Below the pieces are notes generated by a model, which ran no database searches, was not told where the DNA came from, and saw only the letters and a list, made by a program, of their open reading frames with translations. DNA of 62,905 bases, counting the filler, from Intoshia linei (lineage: Eukaryota > Animalia > Orthonectida), in NCBI GenBank assembly GCA_001642005.1. It is 4 parts of 4 records of this genome, joined end to end, with 100 filler letters (N's around TTAATTAATTAA, not from the genome) between each part and the next. Parts side by side here need not be neighbours in the genome. Positions count along the whole stretch, not along the records: positions 48,335 to 62,905 come from LWCA01000953.1; 3 more parts are not named here. One strand, 5' to 3'. Shown piece after piece: positions 52,344 through 62,905 of the stretch; position 1 is the first letter of the stretch, and the number at the start of each line of letters is the position of its first letter. Made by a program: the position numbers and the translations under genes.

Positions 52344-54370
52344 TCATTCAAACATATTATTTTGGTTTTTCCGGTTTGATACATGCCGTATCATGTTTGG
52401 CGCATGAGTAGTATTATTTTTTCGTTGTAGGCGTACAATTGAAGTCATTGGTACGTTTCTTCGAACATAATTGGTATTTATCTGTCCAACATTATTTAAT
52501 GGCACTTGTTGAATGTGGTTCAATTGGGTATAATTGTTTGGATTGTAGAGCATTTGATTTTGATTAACCATGGCAGAATTATTTTGGTAATTATTGATCA
52601 TAATATTATTATTTTGCAGATAATGCACATTTTGTGGGTTTATGGCGTTTTGTTGAACAAAATATTTCTGATTCTGATAGGTACCATTATTGGGGTTAAA
52701 GATTTGAGTATACTGTATTTGGTTATGATACTCGAGAACATTACGGTTTACATTATGGAATCCAATATGTCCGTTTTGGTACATGATATTTTGAGGTGCT
52801 GGTTTATATTGATAATTTGAACTATTTTGATATTGAGGGTAAATATATCGGTAGTTTTGATTTGTGTATTGTGGGATATTGACTTGATTAAAAGCAGGCC
52901 TTAAATATCCACGTTGCGTACTATACAACCGTGGAGGTAGAGGTTGGTATTGAGTTGAACTGGCTGGCGGTGGATGTTGGAGAGTTTGTCGAACTGGTTG
53001 ACTATTATTTAAAACTACTTCAGGTTGAGGTTCGGTTACATTAGAATTAATCGGTGGCTGCCATACTTGCAAGTCCCGGCTAAAATAAATATTTATAGGT
53101 AATCTTATCGTATTAAATGATGTATAAATCCATTAATTTTTTGGATAGAATACCTTAGTCTTATGAAAATACTACCTTTTATCAAAAAATAGATAAATAT
53201 TTGCCAATCAATCAACCATATTTATAAAAAATAGTATAAACACTTAAAAATAATTCAACATACTTAAATAAAGCATCTTCAGTCGATATTTCACTGAATA
53301 CAAGAAATTCATCTAAAAATGATTCAATGTCATGATTAGGTTCAAGAAAGCTTTTCATATTTTTCCTAAAGACTAATAAAAAATAAAAATTTAAAACAAT
53401 ACTCCAATTCTGTATCAGAACTTTGTAAAACTTGGGTTTCAAGTGAAACAGTTTCACTAAGTGGCGAGGATTTAACGGGATTAAACTCGACTTCTTCGTC
53501 TGAAGAAGAAATTGTATTGATGGATTCAAAAGTGAGGTTTGCATTATTTTCTGTGAGTTTTTCTTTATTAATGTCAGATTCAATAAATTCAGATTCGATG
53601 ACTTCTTTAATTTCAATTTGCTCAATAGGTTTAAAATTTGAACCTTTTGTGGAATTTTTTAGTAATGATTTTTTAATTGTAATTTTAGGGATAAATTCAG
53701 ACGGAATAATTGAAGGTATTTGATCTTTAACAGCAGTTTCAGTGGGTATGCTCTTGATGACATCCACTTTAATCTGTACCTTCTTTTTAATTGGTACTTT
53801 TCGTTTAGCTAAATAGAAATTATATTGTTTCTTTAACATATTAATGTTACATTTAGCTTTTTTTCTTGATTTTTTACATTTTTTAGAACTTTTGGTGGTT
53901 TTTTTTGTCGTTGGCGCTCGGACTCTTTTGGTAATGGTATGAATATCGAGTTTTTCTATGGATGAAAAATTTTCAATCAATTTTTCATGTCTCAATGCTA
54001 AATTTAATTCAAATTAACGTCATAAACATTTCACCAAAAATTTTTAATTTTTTCTATTTTTAACTAATACATACCGTAATGATGATCATAGGTTTCTCTT
54101 AAAATTGTCAAACAACATATATTACATGTTCTATAGTTTGCCCTACTATTATAATTTGTAATTCCGGCTAGGTTGTCTAAAAAATGAAATTTTTTATTTT
54201 CTTTAAAAAATAAAAAAATTTCTCAGTACCAAATAGTAAAATTTGATCCAAAGTATGGCCAATGTTTAATAATGATTGTTCACTTTCCAGCTCTTCAACT
54301 GTAAACATTGGCTCTTCAAAACCACTACTATTGGACTCGCTAGAAGTTGTATCTAAACATAAAGTCACGT
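52344..54370 (-). CDS. Unidentified multi-exon protein with Lys-rich and acidic segments and a Q/N/P/Y-rich low-complexity C-terminus
   Basis: Stacked minus-strand ORFs joinable at GT-AG sites (..DQILLF-G-QTIEHVICCLTILRETYDHHY-A-LRHEKL..). Terminal exon 53079-52344. Confidence 0.65.
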
Positions 54371-56215
54371 TGTAATGATAATTTGACGATCACCATAGAA
54401 TAATTGTATTATACAAAATTTTAAAAACAGGAATGGTCAAGTGAATTTTTTAACATTACCTCAATGTATATTTTAATTTGATTGAAAAATTAACCAAAAT
54501 TAATATGACAATGTTGCGAAAGTCCCAATGCCAATACTTTTAGTATCAAGGATACTAAATTTAATCTATGGCAAGTGTTGCTATGATTAACACAATTAAA
54601 TAAATAGCACATTTTAGTTGTCACTTGACAAGGCGCGAATTGTAAGTTTAAAATTACGTGCATAGTTTAAATAACTGGGGACATTAAAATTTAAGTATGG
54701 AATTGAAATTTTGATTCATCGTAATGAATGAATCGACCACGCTCATAAACCATGATTTATAATTCATTCATTGCTCATAAATTATCGTTATTAAAACAAA
54801 ATATACCACTACTACTCATTAATTGTACAAGTATTTAGTTTTCTATTTTCAAGTAAGAATATTTGCTATTGTGTTAGTTTTCAATTTCTTTATGATATTT
54901 TGCACTTTTTCTAAATTTTTGTAAATCTTGAAATTTGTTGTAATCTATATCCAATTTTTTATAGAATGAAAGTTTGGTCGCGTAATTAATAATTAGTTAT
55001 CGTACATTGTATTTGTTGTGTTTTTGTGTACGTCAAGTCATTAATGTGCTATGTTTAGGGATGTTTATACGCTATCAGTATAATAGACACTCCCACTATT
55101 TCAATTACTTTTAATCATATAATTGTTTCTAGTTTTCTACTTTTGCGTATTAGTACGATATACGCTGAGTTTCAAGTAATTTTTTTCAAATGTTAAAATA
55201 TTTTACAATTTTCTATAACTTTATTAAACAGTTTCTGTACTACTGTACTACATTTACTATTTGAGGTTTCTTATTGTTCATTTTAAAGTCCATTTTTTCC
55301 CTATGTAACGTTTTATAACTTGTAAGTTACAAGTTGTAACTTGTTTATACTTTTTATTTTGATGTATAATTTATATTTTAATCTATTGTCAAAATAGGCC
55401 AAGTAAAGTACACTTGACAAACTCGTACTGAATTTAAAATCTTGCAGCTGTTATTGCATTTCTTTGGTTTGTTTAATAAATTTCCGTTTATTTATAGATC
55501 AGTTATAATTTATAAGTATTTAGTTTTGTGAATTAATCAATTTTAATGTGTTAAATCGGTATATAGAGATAATTGATTATTTTTTTTATTTTCCATGTTT
55601 GATAAAAATTAATTAAAAATTTGATTATTTTACTTTATGACTTAAATTCTCAACTATTTGAACTGGACAAATAATTTTTATATAATGATTATGATAATTT
55701 AAAATATTACAAATTTTTTTGAATAAATAGAATCATTTAAAGTTTAAATTTATTGCAATAATTTTGATGAACATGAAAAATTATAATTCAACGTCAGTAT
55801 TTCTAGGTTAATCCCTGGTTATGTTTTTTGTAACATGAATTGTTTAATATTTTAAAATTTTTTTGTCAGTTATCGTTTGACTTAGACATATTTGTTATTG
55901 AGTATTAATTAATTCGTTCATTACATTGTCACTAAATGAAATTATAATCGTTGATATAAACATTTTTATTATGATACGGCATATTTTATTGATATATTAT
56001 AGTCATTATAAACAAAATTTCGCACTTCAGTATAAAAATATTGATCATTATTGCGACAATTAATAGCATATTACTATATTATTTATTTTATTGTTATATT
56101 TCAAATTGACATATTAATTTAATTTACATTAGTTAACTTTTGATTTAAAATCTAAAATTAAACAATTATAATTGTTGATTGATTATTTTTAATCGAATAT
56201 GACAATTTTTTTACA

Positions 56216-56755
56216 TCCTTACATATAATATGATTTGATTGTCTGTTTGTGTGTTCTCGTTTATTTCAATAACTACCAGTCTTAGAATTTTATAAAGTTC
56301 ACATTTCAGTTACAGTTTTTTCCGGCCGTGTTAGCAAAATAAATTTCAACCTCAAAAACGCACATCTTACGGGTCATTAAAACCCAATTGTCCTTTTTTT
56401 AAAAATCAAACGAGTTCGAGAATTTAAATACTGATACGGATTTTAAAATCATAAAAATTATCATATATTTAAATTTAAAAAAATTATAGCTTTAGGGCCA
56501 AAACTACAAATTACTCTTTTTTTGTAATGAAAACACTCTTAGAATTTCAAAAAATTTACAGGTGGTACAGTTGTATCCTGTTAACACACACAGAAAATTT
56601 CAATACCAATAAGTGACAACTTCACAGTCAAAAAAGCATTTTAGTATTAATATACTAGTATTTTTTTTCCGAAATATTTTATTAAAACAAAAAATGCGAA
56701 ATAATTAACGGCTCGAAAATTAAAAAAAAAAAGAAATTATTCTGATAGACCTATT
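56216..56755 (+). mobile_element. Helitron family copy
   Basis: A|TCCTTACATATAAT start, with the same body as the 35321 copy. Confidence 0.7.
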
Positions 56756-58669
56756 CTGTGCTGATTCCGTTAATTATTGATACAATATTGGTATTTAGAA
56801 TTTTAGAACAAAATTTAATTAGTAATTTAGATAATCTGTTATACATTATGTATTATTTGTACATGTAATATTGTATATTATCATATTTAACTAATTAATA
56901 TTGTCTAGTTTAATTTAAAAATATGAATAATGAAACATATCATAACGTAAATCGCACAGTATACATTGGAAAATATTGATAAATTATAATTAATGAGCCT
57001 AATTTATTAATTTTCACCATCATAAAATTTGGATTAATTAGATTTCGAATTTTATTATTTGATAACCAGATGCTATATATTTATTATTTATTTTATGGTA
57101 CATGTATTTGTACAAGATTAAACAAGCTAAATAAATAATTGTGGTAATTAATAAGGTCAGTTGAATATTGTAAATAATACAATTGTAACAATTTCATCAT
57201 TTTTAAATAAAATTTGATATCAAGATGTCCTGTTTATTTAATTTTCGTTGAATAAACAAATATTGTTTAGCATGCTACTAAAATTTATTGAAAATACAAA
57301 TTTTGAGGACTATTACAACATTATTCGTGGTAATTTTAAATTATTATAATTTTGGGTGAATTGTGAGAGTTTAAATTTTTAATTATAGTTTTTCTCATCC
57401 AATTCCGTGATATTTTAAGGTTTCCAGTTAATATAGTGTAACTGGGCTTTTCTAGCTTTTTAGTATGAATACATTTATCTTCAGGTTGACCTTAAAACGT
57501 CACTATTAGAGTGCATCTAATTTTATTTTATCGGTTAAAAGGTATAATCATTTGCATAGAAAGGATTTGAATATATAAGTATTTATAAATTTTTTTTATT
57601 TTTGTCCCAAAAAACCCCCACGTCTTTACCTTTTTCTGTTTTCCTAACATTTTGTATAACAAAAAAATATGTATTAGTCTAATGTTTAATTGTCTAATTG
57701 TCTAAAATTTAGACACAGTTCACGGACAAATTTTTGTCATTTTTAAAAAAGAAATGAATTTATATGAACTGGGTTAAAATATTTTAGATGTTTCTATTCG
57801 AATATTTTTTGAGTGCTATTGTAAAAAAAGAATTTTGTTAAGTTTATAATATTAAGAGTATTACGATTTTAAAAATGATAAAATTTAATTCATTACTTTT
57901 GTGATATTTTATTACAGTAGATCAGTGGTTCCTAAAGTGGTCCACAGGAAATTCTAGGTGATCCACAACAAAAATTTTTAATAAAATCAACATAACCTTC
58001 TTTTAAACAATAATATTAAATTAGAATAGTATTCATTATCGATCATTTATTATTATAGTGAACGTAAATATCATTTTATAAAAATGAAGTGAAAATTTAC
58101 TGAATAACGGTGAAGATTTTCACGTGAGTTAAATTTAATGTATGTAACGATTTAACTTAGTTTGATAGTCGTTCCCAGAACCGAACCTAGCAAGCTCGTG
58201 GCCCTCTTAAAATGAAAAATACCCACTAAAAAAATTTAATAAAAATTGTAATGTCATATAACCTATCCACTATCCCTATCCACCTCTTAAGACTCTTGAG
58301 ATGACGTTTTTAATTTAACACACAAATTAGTTGATATTCAAAAAATTTCTCAATTCTCAATTTAGTAATAATTCATTGTGATTTAATACTTGAATCACTA
58401 TTAAGAAAATTTTTTACTGCGATTCACTATTTAGTGTGAACGCATTTTTATCCTACAATTATATCTTGATTATTTCGTAAATTTTATAAAGAGTAACTAG
58501 TATCTACATCTATCGAGGATGTGTTTTTATTATCCTTTCTTTGTATAAATTGAATGTGTGTTACCATATATTTAAAATATTAACAGTCGTAGAATTTAAA
58601 AAACCAATTTCTAATACAGTTTTGCGCAAGTTTGTTTATATCTAAGTTTCATTTTCCGAAATTGAGAAT

Positions 58670-59230
58670 CCGAACTTATATAATATGCTACGCGATTTTT
58701 GTTTGTGTGTGTATTCAGCTTTATTTAAATAACTACCTGTCTTAGAATTTTATAAAGTCCACATTTCAACTCCAGTTTTTTCCGAGGGTGTTCGCAAACA
58801 TTTTAACCTCCCAAACTCACATCTTACGGGTCAAAAACCCCAATTGTTCCTCTTTTTGATAATCAAAGGAGTTGGAGAATTTAAACAAATATATATGCTG
58901 ATACAGATTTTAAAATCAAAAACATTATCCTAAATTTAAATTAAAAAAAATATATCTTCAAGGCCAAAACCACAAATTACCCTTCTTTTGTTAATGAAAA
59001 CAGCCCTAAAATTTCATAAAATTGACAAGTTGTACAGTTATATCCTGTTAACACACACAGAATATTTCAATCCGAATAAGAGACGACTTTACAGTCAAAA
59101 AAGCATTTTAGTATTCATATTTTTTTTTTCGAAATATTTTATTAAAACAAAAAATGTGAAATAATTAACGGTTCGAAAATTAAAAAAAAAAAATTATTCT
59201 GATAGACCTTATTCCAGTAGATATAAATAC
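58670..59230 (+). mobile_element. Helitron family copy
   Basis: Same body as the 35321 and 62250 copies. Confidence 0.7.
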
Positions 59231-60453
59231 TGGTGATTGTGCCGGGAAAAAATTCCCGGGATATTTAATAATTTCCCAGGATTTATACGATTTCCCGGGA
59301 TTTCCCGAAAAAAATTGAAACATACCTGTATTTGATTTATGTTTGTTATTACTATGAAAATATGTTAATTAATATATTATTATATTATAAAATTTACCAT
59401 TTCTAAAAACTCACCACTAATAAAATTTAATAAAAAATACCATTTCAAGCCCTCATGGAAAAATTGTCTTACACTGATATTCTTTTCAAAAATCCGATTT
59501 TACGAAATCTTATGATAAAAATCCACTTCATTAAATCACAAATAAAAAATTTAATTTTCCAGCCCTTAATGGAAAAATATTCTTTTTAATTTAATTTTAT
59601 AATTATAATATTATAATTAAATTTTAATGTAAAATTTAACAATTCAGCTATAATTAAAATCAAAAAAAAATGTTAGAAAAGGGGATTTTTTCCTTCATGG
59701 TTTGTAAAATTGAATTTATAATATGGGGTTAGATTAAGAGGTTTTTGGTAAAATGAGATTTTTAAAAAAGTATTTGAAAAAGGGGATTTTTACATAAAAG
59801 GCTTGAAATGGTATTTTTTATTGTATATTATTAAATTTTATTAATAGTGGGATTTATGATAAAATAATGTAGCGGTCGTCTAGGCTTTGGAATAAAATCC
59901 CAACATCTGGAAACTGTAATAATGCACTTTACTAGAATAGACTAATTTTTTAATTTTGCTGGTAATTAAATTTTTACCAGTAATTGTTAAAACCTTTGTA
60001 CAAAGTACATTATAATTTACATGTAGATATTTTAAAGAAAATTTCTGATGATGTTTTTTAATTTACTAGAATTTATACAATGAGTAGATAATCTTAAAAA
60101 AACGTAAATACAATAAAATAAGTTCGTCATAAACGCATAAATTAATTTTCCCCCGTAAACCTTTATTTGGTAAAGTTGGCTTGATTCAGTGGACTAATCA
60201 ATAACTACTGTGGACTGTAGTTAATCTGTACAGCGTCAAATGTGAAAAAATTTAATGAACACCCTAATTAAATGGATGAAAATAAATTATCATTTTATTT
60301 AAATTTTAGAAAAATACAGATTTAATACTACACCATTATTTTGTATAAAATCGGACAGTCTAAACTGGTGTAATAATTTTGATCATTGCAATTGTTACAA
60401 CCAACATTTTAACGTTAAAAAATTTTTACATTTATTAAAAATATCTGCATTAG

Positions 60454-61493
60454 GATATCAACATGATTATCAAAACGAAAAGAAAGAAATTGTAGTATGT
60501 ATGAAAAATCCCTACATTATCGTGATAAAAATATACCAAATTACATTTGATTTATTATTATACAAAATGGGCAAAAACGGAACGTACACATCAGCAAAAT
60601 TTGTAGATAGTCTAGGAATGAGAAGACTACTGCCGAAACTTAAAAAATTTGAAAAATATGCAGTTACCTCAATAATTCAATCTGTAGAAATCACGAGAAA
60701 TTATTGTTTAGTTGTAAAAATTTTAAAAAAACTTGAAAATTACAAAAAAGTGGTAATGATTGATTTATTTTATTTACCAACTCAAAAACAGTACACATCA
60801 ACAAATGTTGCAGAATTTAACCATCAACATATCCACCCAAATATGCTAAAACTCTGCAAAAGGGGAGTGTTTTTGGCTTGTTTGTTGCCAAAGTGTAGAG
60901 GTTATACGTTGTTATTATTTAAATTGACAATATCACCCAAAAAAACAATTGTATTGAAATCTAATTATCAAAAATTGGATATTGAACCAATTGTTAAATT
61001 TGAAAAATTTTCGGATAATTCAATTAATTCGTTAATTTTTTCCAATGATATATTTATTGTTAGAGATTTGATTCATTTACCAATTCAAAATTTATTACTA
61101 GTTTCAATTATGGAAAATTGTTCGAATTATCAAAAATGTAGATCAGTTCAATGTATCTTACCTGGTTCAAATCATTACATTTTTATTTATTCTCTTGAAA
61201 CAAAATGTCTTTTATTTCGATACAATCTAGTTAATCTTATTCCTAATCAAGTAGAAAATGGTTATTGTACAAATATTTATCCTAAAGGGACTACTTTTGC
61301 AATTTCATTTTGTCAGTCTTTTATATGCTTTTTATCTCAACCGTGTGGTGTTTATAGTACAATTTCTGTGTTGCAGATTAGAAAAACCAACGTTGAGTCT
61401 CTTTTTAATTTATCCAAATTTTGTATTATATTTAATCATATTTATACAAATAATTTGCCACCCATCTTAAAAAATATGTTTTTATCATATTGA
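60454..61493 (+). CDS. Unidentified protein, large terminal exon (>=330 aa)
   Basis: A 1-kb open frame in very AT-rich DNA, extending upstream to an in-frame acceptor GCATTAG|GA at 60454. AATAAA follows the stop. Confidence 0.65.
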
Positions 61494-61520
61494 TGAAATA
61501 AATTGTTTATATAATCATTT

Positions 61521-62109
61521 TTATAGAGTTGCATTATGACTATGTTCAAAGTTGTTCAGTAAATCTGGGTCTAAATAGTTGAATATACTCTTTAAATGTC
61601 TGATACAACCTGATTGAAATCTTAGACCTGTCGAAGAACAAGTGATCAATGATCAGTTAATTATTTGGTATTCGTAATTTATTTGATACTAGCTTGACTG
61701 TTACGTACTTCGTATAAACAGCATCCTAGCTCTGCCGATGGCGAGCTTTTTTAATTCTACCCAAAAAAATATATTCAATAATAAAATCTTACTTAATTGT
61801 GTTATCCCATGTATTTAATTTATTAGATAGAATGAGTGTATACTCTTAAAAATAAAGTAAAAACAGTACAGTTCTAAAAATTGTCATAAATAGATTAAAT
61901 TTCAGAAAAAAATAAAATTGTAAATACAGGTACTTTCCTTTTGAATGTGATGATATACAGTATATATAGTATTCATATATATTCAGTATCTGCTTTCGAC
62001 AAGTAAAAAATATCAATCTTGTATCAATACTTAACGGATCCAGCAATTTAAAAACATATTTCGGATGAATTTTACCAACATTGCAATTTGCAAATTTCAA
62101 TGCATTGTC
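61521..62109 (-). CDS. 3' exons of an unidentified gene
   Basis: Acceptor TTAACTTAG|GAC opens DNALKFANCNVGKIHPKYVF... A candidate last exon ..LRFQSGCIRHLKSIFNYLDPDLL..TL* ends at 61521. A Helitron 3' end (61689) sits in the intervening intron. Confidence 0.4.
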
Positions 62110-62244
62110 CTAAGTTAAAATTAATAAAATAATAGGACTCTTAACTTATATATAGAGATTTTCAACCTTTAACGTAACTTTTTCACGAATAACGTTGCTA
62201 TTCTAATCGATATCGTTGCTATTGCATCCGATATCTTTGCTTTT

Positions 62245-62905
62245 TAACCTTATAATATGCTACGCGATTTTTGTTTGTGTGTGTTACGCTTTATCTAAAT
62301 AACTACCCGTCTTAGAATTTTATAAAGTCCACATTTCAATTACAGTTTTTTCCAAGAGTGTTCGCAAACTGAATTTCAATTTCCCAATTTCACATCTTAC
62401 GGGTCAAAAACCACAGTTGTCTCTCTTTTTGAAAATCAAACGAGTTGGAAAATTTAAAAAAATATATGCACTGATACAGATTTTAAAATCATAAACATTA
62501 TCATAAATTTAAAAAATGATATCTTCAGAGCCAAAACCTCAAATTACCAATTTTTTTAATGAAAACAGCCCTAGAATTTCAAACAATTTACAGGTTGTAC
62601 AGTTGTATCCTGTTAACACACATAGAAAATTTCAATTCGAATAAGTTAGGACTTCACGGTTAAAAAAGCATTTTAGTATTCATTTATTTTTTTTCGAAAT
62701 ATTTTATTAAAACAAAAAATGTGAAATAATTAACGGTCCGAAAATTAAAAAAAAAGATTATTCTGATAGAGCTTATTCCAGTTGATATAAATACAAAAGT
62801 TTAATCCGATAAATCAACGCATTCCTGATGAAAAATAATTTTTAATATAAATAAAATAAAAATTGAAAATGTAAATATTGATCCTACAATTTCAAAAAAA
62901 ATGTA
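62245..62905 (+). mobile_element. Helitron family copy running off the window end
   Basis: Same body as the 35321 and 58670 copies. Confidence 0.7.

Overview
Very AT-rich eukaryotic (metazoan) genomic DNA with fast-evolving proteins and many very short GT-AG introns (33-46 nt), so the ORF track fragments or misses most genes. This architecture is compatible with a compact parasitic invertebrate genome such as the orthonectid Intoshia; that is an inference, not a database result. Splicing exons by hand gives these genes: DNAAF4/DYX1C1 (-, apparently ending at the TPR domain), partial SLC35E2 (+), a myostatin/GDF11-type TGF-beta (+), IFT140 (-), an intron-containing prolyl 4-hydroxylase alpha pseudogene (+), an atypical Rap1-derived GTPase with DPHDA in place of DTAGT (-), an innexin (-), a Rho GTPase (-), GPAA1 (+, last exon apparently overlapping the next gene), an OATP/SLCO-like transporter (-), TRUB2 (+, catalytic Asp->Asn) and three unidentified genes. 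Intergenic and intronic DNA is full of non-autonomous Helitrons, hAT and Tc1/pogo MITEs, and piggyBac, Tc3, THAP and Gypsy relics. Three 100-bp gaps contain an artificial TTAATTAATTAA linker. Homologue motifs are quoted from memory and need confirmation by search.
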